Assembly (NCBI GenBank): GCA_046861385.1
Contig: JBHHTW010000003.1
Coordinates: forward strand, 64,001-128,000
DNA: 64,000 nt
From: Fidelibacterota bacterium
GTDB lineage: Bacteria > Fidelibacterota > Marinisomatia > Marinisomatales > TCS55
Direction of reading: 5' to 3'
This document shows positions 1 through 8,567 of the stretch, piece after piece (position 1 is the stretch's first letter; every line of letters starts with the position of its first letter). The notes below the pieces were generated by a model, which saw nothing but the letters and a program-made list of their open reading frames with translations, made no database searches and had not been told where the DNA came from. The position numbers were made by a program, and so were the translations under genes.

Positions 1-1762
1 ATAAAGCAAAAAGCAGCAAGGCGTAACCATTGTTCCCAAACATCCAGTTTCCAATGGCAAAATTCAATCCATAAATCAGCGCGATACCTGCAATCCAGTT
101 GAAAAAGAAACCATCGGTAACCGGCTGCATCGTTGAATGCTTTGCAAACTTCCCCCAATATCCCCCAGGTTGAACACGGTTATAGAAATTCTTTAAAGTG
201 GCTTCAGGTTCCGGTTTAGTCAAATATGTCACAACGAGCCAAACGATGATTGCCGCTGGTACTATGATCATTAGTTTATGATGAACCTGAATCGGAATTC
301 CAAATAAAATAGGCGTTTCATTAAACAGGGCATAAGTTTTACCACCAGCGATGGTTTGCTGCCAGGCAATAATTTCCAGTATAACTGTAATAATGATCGA
401 GGTTAGTAATGCAGATATTTCTGTCCAGGCATTGATTCGCCACCAAAACCAGCGAAGAATCAGGACTGCACCAATTCCAGCTCCCATGGCAAAAATAAAT
501 TCCCATGCTTTGCTGATGCTATGCATATTAATGGCAACAAAAGCGGCAAATACCATAAGTAAAACTGTTATGATTCTACTGACAAAAACATAATGATTTT
601 GATCTCCATCCTTTTTAATAAACCGTTTATATACATCATTAATTAAATAAGACGCTCCCCAATTCAGATGGGTGTCAATGGTGGACATAAATGCCGCCAA
701 AAATGAAACCACTAATAATCCTTTTAATCCCGGTCCAAGAAATTGATTCATAATGAGAGGGTAACCTGCTTTGGAACCCAACGCGGCGTGGGATTCCGGA
801 ATGATGGGAAATACAACAATTGAGACTAAGGCAACTGCAACCCAAGGCCAAACACGTAAAGCATAATGGGCTAAATTGAACCAAAGTGTCGCTGCTAATG
901 CGTGCTTTTCATTCTTAGCGGATGACATACGTTGAATAATATACCCGCCGCCATCTGTGCCGTGGTGGGACCACCACATGACAGTGATAAATATTAAGAA
1001 TTTTGAAAATGGAGATTCCCAAAATGTTGAAGTGGCAATATTGGCATCCGGAAGGGGAGGGATAAATTTCAACGTTGTATCATGAACAGCGCCTGAAGAG
1101 GAAAGAGCAGCTAATTTTTCTAATAATACATTCATACCACCCACAGCATCCACAGCGATGATTGCAAGTATAATTGAACCAGCCATGGCGATAATAAACT
1201 GAACCAAATCAGTAACCACCACACCCCAAAATCCCGAAAGAAGTGCATAAAGAAGTGCGATAATCACACAAATCCACACGGCAGTCCAGCGATCTATATT
1301 GAGCATTACCGCAGCGACTGACGCCATGGCATTAATGACCCATCCCATGACAATGAAATTATACAAAATAGCAAAATACCCAGCCTTGAATGCTCTTAAT
1401 ACAGCCGCCGGTTTTCCGCTATAGCGGATTTCCAATAATTCATTATCCGTTAATACTTCTGCCCGCCGCCAAAGCCGTGAGAAAAGCAATGCGCCAAGGA
1501 GGCCGGATAATAATAAATTCCACCAAAACCAATTTTGCCAAATTCCCGGTCCCCGGACAAATTCGGTGATGGCAAGAGGCGTATCTGCGGCGAAAGTCGT
1601 GGCCACCATAGAAGTTCCCACTATCCACCAGGGGAGGGTACGGCCGGAAAGAAAATATTCCTCCGTATTTTGTCCCGCTCGCTTGGAAAAATAAATTCCA
1701 ACGCCTAATGAAAATAAAATGTATACAATAATGATGATCCAATCGATTGTTGCTAATGCCAT
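1..1762 (-). CDS. Sodium:solute symporter (SSS family), 3' end runs off the window
   Basis: Not in the ORF track. Manual translation from ATG 1762 gives MALATIDWIIIIVYIFISLGVGIYFSKRAGQNTEEYFLSGRTLPWWIVGTSMVATTFAADTPL; the same frame reads FAIGNWMFGNNGYALLLFAL at the window edge. Starts 1 nt after the SpoIID stop. Confidence 0.93.
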   Translation of the reverse strand, partial: MALATIDWIIIIVYILFSLGVGIYFSKRAGQNTEEYFLSGRTLPWWIVGTSMVATTFAADTPLAITEFVRGPGIWQNWFWWNLLLSGLLGALLFSRLWRRAEVLTDNELLEIRYSGKPAAVLRAFKAGYFAILYNFIVMGWVINAMASVAAVMLNIDRWTAVWICVIIALLYALLSGFWGVVVTDLVQFIIAMAGSIILAIIAVDAVGGMNVLLEKLAALSSSGAVHDTTLKFIPPLPDANIATSTFWESPFSKFLIFITVMWWSHHGTDGGGYIIQRMSSAKNEKHALAATLWFNLAHYALRVWPWVAVALVSIVVFPIIPESHAALGSKAGYPLIMNQFLGPGLKGLLVVSFLAAFMSTIDTHLNWGASYLINDVYKRFIKKDGDQNHYVFVSRIITVLLMVFAAFVAINMHSISKAWEFIFAMGAGIGAVLILRWFWWRINAWTEISALLTSIIITVILEIIAWQQTIAGGKTYALFNETPILFGIPIQVHHKLMIIVPAAIIVWLVVTYLTKPEPEATLKNFYNRVQPGGYWGKFAKHSTMQPVTDGFFFNWIAGIALIYGLNFAIGNWMFGNNGYALLLFAL

Positions 1763-1763
1763 A

Positions 1764-3020
1764 TTAATAGAGTTTCTTTAGGTTTGAGTTTGTGAAATAA
1801 TGAGTGAGTATATCTTCGGTTGAATAACCGTTTAAGGCCATGCCCAACGCTCCAATTTGACAAAGGCCTACTCCATGTCCCCAGCCGGCACCTTTGAATT
1901 CAATATGGTCCCCATCCATATTGACCATAAAACATGAACTATATAAAAAGGATGGATGCAGCATTCTACGAATCTCATACTCGCTCTTAATTTGAATTGT
2001 TTTGGATTTACCTTCACTTGTTTGGTAGTCTAAATATAAGTGATTTATTCTTCCCGATTTACCACGTTTTAATGAATCAATTTTATCAATATGACTTACT
2101 GTCATATTAATTATTTTAGAAAAAAATGCGCAAAACTCTTTCTGAGTAAAATTCACGTTCCAACGAAAATAGGAGCCCTTTTTATCAACGATTCCCAAAT
2201 AGGCGTGAAGATCCATTTCATTTGCGTAAGTCGGACTACAAAAAGTATTTGGACGATCGTCGAACCATTGATCCCAATCTATGTTAACATCTGTTTCCGG
2301 TCCATCGTAAACACTGGTTAAATACGGTTTTGGTTCCATGTCCCAGACGTATTCTGCTCCCTCTGTTATTCCGCCGCAGGATTTTGAATACCTTGCATCG
2401 CAAATTTGATTGTCATGAATCAGGAATATCCCCTTTGAATCATTGGCTGCTTTGATAGATATTTCGGTCATTTGTCCCAATCCCTGATATCGCTGACAGC
2501 AATCATCGTTACAGGCATCCAAACCCAAATCGCCATGCTTCTTTTCTTCGGCAGCCATAATCCAGGACCGGGCAGTAATGGTTTGAGCTTCTAATAATGC
2601 CGGAGGGCATTTCCCGCTCATTTCCGAAACCGCCACACAAGCAAGATATTGTTCCAGAGGCACTTCATTGACCACAAGCAAATATTGATTTTGGGATTTT
2701 ATTCTGATATTTCCCGGTAAAATAACGTCAATGGGTTTTTCCCAGTGGAATCCCCGGCCAGCCGGCACTTCATGAACGGTAATGCCACGTGGATCAAATT
2801 GTGACTTGCTTTTTCGTATAAATACATCGCCGTCCTCGATCGAAATATTTAATTTATTTTTATTTTTTCCGATCCATGTTAATGGTCTGTTTGAATCTAT
2901 TTCATACTGGGACGGATGGGTAAAGGAAAGGGTGACCGATTTTCTTTGATCCTCCGGTAAAATAATCCCAATTTGAATCAGGGGCTCAGAACCGGGTAAT
3001 ATATTTGATGAAATATTCAT
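1764..3020 (-). CDS. SpoIID/LytB-domain protein (lytic transglycosylase-like), no signal peptide
   Basis: VVNEVPLEQYLACVAVSEM (catalytic Glu), LEAQTITARS, CNDDCCQRYQG, YSKSCGG, GAGWGHGVGLCQIGA. Confidence 0.92.
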   Translation of the reverse strand: MNISSNILPGSEPLIQIGIILPEDQRKSVTLSFTHPSQYEIDSNRPLTWIGKNKNKLNISIEDGDVFIRKSKSQFDPRGITVHEVPAGRGFHWEKPIDVILPGNIRIKSQNQYLLVVNEVPLEQYLACVAVSEMSGKCPPALLEAQTITARSWIMAAEEKKHGDLGLDACNDDCCQRYQGLGQMTEISIKAANDSKGIFLIHDNQICDARYSKSCGGITEGAEYVWDMEPKPYLTSVYDGPETDVNIDWDQWFDDRPNTFCSPTYANEMDLHAYLGIVDKKGSYFRWNVNFTQKEFCAFFSKIINMTVSHIDKIDSLKRGKSGRINHLYLDYQTSEGKSKTIQIKSEYEIRRMLHPSFLYSSCFMVNMDGDHIEFKGAGWGHGVGLCQIGALGMALNGYSTEDILTHYFTNSNLKKLY

Positions 3021-3059
3021 TAACCTGACAATGGAATTTCTCGTATTGCCATCATTTTT

Positions 3060-4247
3060 TCAATTATTCTTCTCGAAGAGGACTGCATCAATTCCGGCTC
3101 CTAAAGCGGGTGCATCACGAAGGGTTGAAATGTGGATCAGGTCCGGATTTAATTCTCCGTTTTTCAAATAAGTCGATTTTGCAGTGGAGTTGAGGGAGAG
3201 AGCCTCTTCGATCCGATGGACAATGTGAGCCGTCAGAGGTTCCCAAAATAATCCCATTCCCTTTGAATCATTGAGGAGCATTCCCAACCGCTGGCCCAAA
3301 ATGATTCGTTCAACCACCGTTCCCAAAAACGGGTGATCCGGAGAGGGAACTGCTCGGTCAGGGTTGATTAATCCGAATCGGCCGCTCCAACCTGAAAAAA
3401 TGGTTTCAATTCGCTCAAAAATGAGTTCGGCCAGGTTGTGACTGACATCCCGGAAAGTGAGATTTGCAGCATCTTCACCTTGGTGAGCCAGTTCCAGAAT
3501 GACTGTTGGATAGACTGAATCCCGGATTAATATATCCATTGGAATACCCGAATGGCGGCAGTAAATGGATTGAATTCCTCCCGCTGATGCAAACTTTTCC
3601 AAGGGAATGTTTTGAGCGTTGACCATTTCCCATGATTTTAATAACCAGGATTTTGTTTGATCCAGCGGAACCAATTCGCCATTTAATTTCAAGGCGTCTG
3701 CGCTACCGGTTCCACCACCTAAATAATACCCATTCTCTACGGACTGAAATAACCCATCTTTTGCATATTCCTCTCCCAATCCACAATAGTCAGCGTCGCT
3801 GCCCAATCGATGAATGGGCTTTGCCAATTGTATATTGGCATTAATGAGCGCCTTTTCTAAATCATCGGAAAATTGAGGCATTCTGGGTCCATTTGCCATG
3901 GCGGCAATTCCCCGGCCATCCAGTGTTTTTAATCCTGGCATCCCAATGCCGAGAACCACAGGTTTATCCCGATATAGGTCTGATATGGTTTTTATAAATG
4001 TTTCAATTATCGCTTTTCCTTGATTCAATTCGTCCGACGTTAATTGAATCTTCGATTTCATTTCTTTGAGTTGGATTTGAATATCAACGGGTGAAAATTT
4101 TTCGATAAAAAGGGAGGAGTCAGAATATTTATATTGAGAATGGGATTCTCCTAAACAAAATCCATCTCTGGATTGTAGAACCTCCCTGGCACTGATTTTT
4201 GTCGCACCGCCGTCAATTCCCATGATCATTGGGTGGTGAGTCATCAT
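3060..4247 (-). CDS. ROK-family sugar kinase (divergent)
   Basis: GIDGGATK phosphate-1 motif, GIGMPG, SDADYCGLGE, YLGGGTG, LEKFASAGGI, DAPALGAG; no N-terminal HTH. Confidence 0.8.
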   Translation of the reverse strand: MMTHHPMIMGIDGGATKISAREVLQSRDGFCLGESHSQYKYSDSSLFIEKFSPVDIQIQLKEMKSKIQLTSDELNQGKAIIETFIKTISDLYRDKPVVLGIGMPGLKTLDGRGIAAMANGPRMPQFSDDLEKALINANIQLAKPIHRLGSDADYCGLGEEYAKDGLFQSVENGYYLGGGTGSADALKLNGELVPLDQTKSWLLKSWEMVNAQNIPLEKFASAGGIQSIYCRHSGIPMDILIRDSVYPTVILELAHQGEDAANLTFRDVSHNLAELIFERIETIFSGWSGRFGLINPDRAVPSPDHPFLGTVVERIILGQRLGMLLNDSKGMGLFWEPLTAHIVHRIEEALSLNSTAKSTYLKNGELNPDLIHISTLRDAPALGAGIDAVLFEKNN

Positions 4248-4370
4248 ATCAGTTCTAAAAGCCTTGAATTATGGTATAAATACGAAGGTACTGCAGACAT
4301 TCTTGTCTGTACAACGACGAAAAAATAATTAATTAATAAAACGACGATTGATATTATTCTCGCTTGTTTG

Positions 4371-5897
4371 TCAAGATGATTGATTCAGTGCCTGCCTTCT
4401 ATTTATTGCTTTTAAACGCATTTCATCTTTTGCTTCATCATTTCTAACAATAGTTACTTCGTCAATGCTGTGATCGGTACCTCCGGGATGACGAATCACA
4501 TCGTAAATGGCATCATAAATTCTCCCAATGCGATATCGCTCACTGATCCGAAGAACCATTTCATAATCCTCAGCATAATTTCTAGTATAAGGATCATCAT
4601 TCATCCCAAAATAACCAATATCTTTGATGACCTGAATGGCCATGGAACGGGGGGCTCCGGCGCCACCGATCCTCAATAAATTATTTCGTCCATTATCTTC
4701 GGTCCATTCATCGTGAGTGACAGTGGGAATCTCTGTTTTCCTCAAGAGAGAGCCATCTTCTTGTTTTTCCCAGACATCATAACTCCCAATGACCATTCCC
4801 ACTTCCGGGTGGGCATTAAAAATATTCAATATTGATTCAACTGCATGTGGTTTTAACCGGTCATCAGAATCCAATTGGACGTAAAATTCTCCCCGGGAAG
4901 CCTCCACGCCTGTGTTCAGACAAAAACCAATATTATTTATATCCACAACCTGGAGTCGCACATCCGGGTTCTCTTCACGGTATTGATCCCCGCCGGGCAG
5001 ATATCGTTTGATTTCCGGAATGGTGGAATCGTCTTCTCCGCCATTTACGACGACGATAATTTCAATATTTTTTTCAGTTTGTTGAAAACAACTTTCCAGA
5101 GCTGTCGCCATGAATTCCGGTCGCTCATTCACAGGAATAATTATTGTGGCTTTGACGGTGGGTTGGTGTTGGGGTATCGGTCGTTTCCGGTAGAATTTAC
5201 CGGGAGGCAAATAAGCACCGATTCGCCGGAGATGAGCCGTACATATTTCTTCAGCTTCTAGCTGGCTGCCCTTGCTTTCCATAAGGTAATCAAACACATT
5301 CGCAGATTCTTTGGGTGCAGTGATAGTATATAAACTTCCACTGTATTTATTTCCGATCCGAATCAATTTCCCTGCTTCAGATAATTTCAACCTTAAATCA
5401 TAGAGAGGATGGTACTGAAGAGACGTCTTCATTCCTCCGCATTTTAAAAAAGCAGATGTTCGAATGCAAAAAACGCGGCCATAGTCCTGATTGTCCCGGA
5501 CCCTGCCCAAATGGTGATGCAATAAATGGATTTCCTGGATGCCATGCTCATTTTCCAAATCATAATCAGAATAAATCATGGATGCCTTGGGATTGCGCTT
5601 TAGAGTGAGTGTCAATATGTCCACAGCAGATCGATTCAAACGAACCGGTGTTGTTCGGTTATCAATAAGCAGAATAAAAGGATCATTGGATTCCTGAACC
5701 GCTTGATTGACGGAAGCAGCATAGGAATCTTTTCCTCCGGATAAAAATTGGATGGAAGAATCTGCATCGGCAAAAGGTTTGCCAATGGCTATAATTTGCT
5801 CAACAGGTGTGGATTGTGATAAAATGGAATGGATTGTATCCCGGATATCAGTAGCTGACTGATTTTTCAGGTCAGGGATGGAGAAAATGATGGTCAT
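4371..5897 (-). CDS. Glycosyltransferase family 2 protein with two GT-A-like domains
   Basis: C-terminal domain ATIIIPVNERPEF...IEIIVVVNG...QLDSDD...AEDYEMVLRIS; N-terminal degenerate GT-A-like domain (MIYSDY, LYDLRLKLS). Confidence 0.85.
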   Translation of the reverse strand: MTIIFSIPDLKNQSATDIRDTIHSILSQSTPVEQIIAIGKPFADADSSIQFLSGGKDSYAASVNQAVQESNDPFILLIDNRTTPVRLNRSAVDILTLTLKRNPKASMIYSDYDLENEHGIQEIHLLHHHLGRVRDNQDYGRVFCIRTSAFLKCGGMKTSLQYHPLYDLRLKLSEAGKLIRIGNKYSGSLYTITAPKESANVFDYLMESKGSQLEAEEICTAHLRRIGAYLPPGKFYRKRPIPQHQPTVKATIIIPVNERPEFMATALESCFQQTEKNIEIIVVVNGGEDDSTIPEIKRYLPGGDQYREENPDVRLQVVDINNIGFCLNTGVEASRGEFYVQLDSDDRLKPHAVESILNIFNAHPEVGMVIGSYDVWEKQEDGSLLRKTEIPTVTHDEWTEDNGRNNLLRIGGAGAPRSMAIQVIKDIGYFGMNDDPYTRNYAEDYEMVLRISERYRIGRIYDAIYDVIRHPGGTDHSIDEVTIVRNDEAKDEMRLKAINRRQALNQSS

Positions 5898-6009
5898 GGT
5901 GTATGGATTTTATATGTTTAATTGATTTTTAAGAAGCAGAAACTAATGAAAATAAATTCATAGTTCAGGCAACTTTTTTTGTTCTATTATCTATTATTAA
6001 AAAAACAAT

Positions 6010-7251
6010 TCAAGGAGAAACGGTTTGCATGATAATCCCACATAACCAGGCTCCGTAAGTGCCGACAGCATAACCAAAAACTGCAAGTAGAACACCCACC
6101 GATGCGAGGGATGGATGAAAAGCCGAGGCTACGATGGGCGCTGAGGCAGCCCCTCCAATATTTGCCTGACTACCCACAGCGAGGAAAAAGAAAGGAGCCT
6201 TGATTATCTTTGCTGCAACGATGAGTAAAATGGCATGAATACTAATCCAAATAATTCCCACGAGGAAAAGACCTGGATGATCAAAAATGGCTAATATATT
6301 CATTTTCATTCCAATGGTAGCTACGAGAATATAAAGGAAAAGACTTCCAAAATTGGATGCACCGACACTTTCAAGATTTCTTACCCTGGTAAACGAAAGG
6401 AATATGGCGATGGTTGTGGAAAGAACAATGATCCAAAAAAAACCAGATGTTAAACTAAATCTCGACAAATAAGGAGCATGAATTTGTATCCAGGGTGCAA
6501 TCAAATCTGATAAATAATGAGATAATGATGTAATTCCAAATCCGGCACCAAGGATAGTGAACAAGTCTACCAATTCTGGTATTTGTCTGGTTCGGGCATG
6601 GTAATTCTCCATTTTAATAACTAACCTATCAATAGAAGATGTATCTCCCTTTAACCATTTATCAATTTTTTTATGAATGCCTGCACCATATAAAAGAAAA
6701 GCCATCCAAATATTCGCAACAATTACATCGATGGTAATCATGGCTGAAAATAAGTTATCATTCACTTCGAAAACTTCTTTCATGGCGGCTTGGTTGGCAC
6801 CTCCACCTATCCAACTTCCTGCAATCGTTGTCAACCCTCGCCAAACGGCTTCGGAACCAGCGCCACCAACTGTTTCAGGAGAAATTAGAGACATAATTAA
6901 AATAGCGATAGGACCGCCAATGATAATACCAAATGTCCCTGTTAAAAACATGATTAATGCTTTGGGCCCTAATTTTAATATTTCCTTTAAATCAATACTT
7001 ATGGTTAGAAGCACTAGGCTGGTGGGTAGTAGGTATCGGGATGCAACAAAATACAATTTAGAATCGTCGCCTGAAATAATTCCAAATGAATTGAGCAATG
7101 ATGGAATAAAATAGGCCAATAATAAAGTAGGAACAAAAGTATAGAATTTTTTCCAAAAAGGAGAATTGCATTTTGATGTTCTAAAAATAAAAACAAGGAT
7201 TCCTATTAGTATACCTAATACAACTGCATCGTTTGTAATGAATGGTTTCAT
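6010..7251 (-). CDS. DUF819-family membrane transporter
   Basis: Multi-TM protein with GSWIGGGANQAAM and GSQANIGGAASAP motifs. Confidence 0.88.
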   Translation of the reverse strand: MKPFITNDAVVLGILIGILVFIFRTSKCNSPFWKKFYTFVPTLLLAYFIPSLLNSFGIISGDDSKLYFVASRYLLPTSLVLLTISIDLKEILKLGPKALIMFLTGTFGIIIGGPIAILIMSLISPETVGGAGSEAVWRGLTTIAGSWIGGGANQAAMKEVFEVNDNLFSAMITIDVIVANIWMAFLLYGAGIHKKIDKWLKGDTSSIDRLVIKMENYHARTRQIPELVDLFTILGAGFGITSLSHYLSDLIAPWIQIHAPYLSRFSLTSGFFWIIVLSTTIAIFLSFTRVRNLESVGASNFGSLFLYILVATIGMKMNILAIFDHPGLFLVGIIWISIHAILLIVAAKIIKAPFFFLAVGSQANIGGAASAPIVASAFHPSLASVGVLLAVFGYAVGTYGAWLCGIIMQTVSP

Positions 7252-7466
7252 AAAGTTTTTCTCCGTTTTCTACTATGATACGTCCATATCAAATTCAATA
7301 ATTAATCGTGTAAAACCTAACGCAAAATATTAGTAAAAAATTTCATGGAGCTTCAGAAATTAATAGTGAGCTAACTATCAATATTTTTTCTCTGTGGCGA
7401 TAAAACAGATGATCCTTTTATAGTAATGGAACGCTAATTTAAATTGTACTCGCTTTTAAGAATACC

Positions 7467-8300
7467 GTGTGGCATAAAATACTAAATAACATTTTCGTCA
7501 AAAATCAATTTCTCGTTGGTTTTGTTCTCATTTTGGCTCTTAACGGCGCGGAAAAAAATACAGTCATCATCCATAGCAATACTATGGATAAGGATTTACC
7601 CTGTATCGTTATTCTTCCCGATAATTATACTGTTTCAACAGATCGATTTTCTGTCGTTTATCTTCTCCACGGGTATGGTGGTAATTACCAAAACTGGTCT
7701 GAACATAAGGATTTGGGAAAAGAATCAGATAAATACAATCTCATAATCGTTTGCCCGGACGGAGGAACCAATAGCTGGTATTTAGATAGTCCTATCGATT
7801 TGGAAAGCCAATACAGGACTTATGTAGGACAGGAAGTGGTTCAATATATTGATATGTATTATAAAACCATTCCTGATAAGCACAATAGAGCCATTACAGG
7901 GTTAAGCATGGGGGGGCACGGTGCATTATATCTGGCTTTAGAATTTCCTGATATATTCGGAGCTGTCGGAAGCATGAGTGGCGTCGTTGATTTAACCTAT
8001 ACGACTAAAAAATATGAACTGATAGAAAAAATTGGTTCATTTGAAAAATACCCTGAGCGGTGGGAACAATATTCTGTTATTTCGAACGTGGAAAAATTTA
8101 TAGGTACCGGCACAAAAATAATTATGGACTGCGGTGTGGACGATGTATTTATTGAAAGTAATCGAGCATCCCATAAAAAATTACTTGAATTGGAAATATC
8201 CCATGATTATTCGGAAAAACCCGGCGGACATAGCTGGAATTATTGGGTAAACATTTTAGATTATCATTTGATGGCCTTTCAAAAATTTTTTCAACCGTAA
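7467..8300 (+). CDS. Alpha/beta-hydrolase esterase (CE1/EstA/S-formylglutathione-hydrolase-like), probably exported
   Basis: VVYLLHGYGG, nucleophile GLSMGG, DCGVDD, PGGHSWNYW; GTG start and hydrophobic N-terminus. Confidence 0.88.
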   Translation: MWHKILNNIFVKNQFLVGFVLILALNGAEKNTVIIHSNTMDKDLPCIVILPDNYTVSTDRFSVVYLLHGYGGNYQNWSEHKDLGKESDKYNLIIVCPDGGTNSWYLDSPIDLESQYRTYVGQEVVQYIDMYYKTIPDKHNRAITGLSMGGHGALYLALEFPDIFGAVGSMSGVVDLTYTTKKYELIEKIGSFEKYPERWEQYSVISNVEKFIGTGTKIIMDCGVDDVFIESNRASHKKLLELEISHDYSEKPGGHSWNYWVNILDYHLMAFQKFFQP

Positions 8301-8567
8301 ATTCAGCATATCCATTGTATGGAAACTTATATATTCATCCTTTTTGGTAGAAAGATCCTAGACTCTGGTAAATAACAAACTTATCTGGATTTTTGGATTG
8401 CTCCGACAGGGTCAATGGATTCCATATTCTCAACGGATTTATTTAATTATCAGAAAAGAAGAGAGGGGGGGGTGGTATAAAATCCACAATATTCCATTTT
8501 GCGTTTTATAGTTTCTAAAAAACTATTTTTTTAGTATTAGATTTGGTGCTCCAAAATCAGAGTATTC

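Noticed and set aside
1764-3020. Sporulation locus (SpoIID; also SleL-like GH18 at 60460)
   Set aside because: The organism has LPS and outer-membrane genes (kdsD, rfaE2, TBDRs), and these folds are widespread in non-sporulating bacteria.
8301-8480. Possible gene remnant between the esterase and GH3 genes
   Set aside because: Only short stop-interrupted frames with no recognisable family motif.
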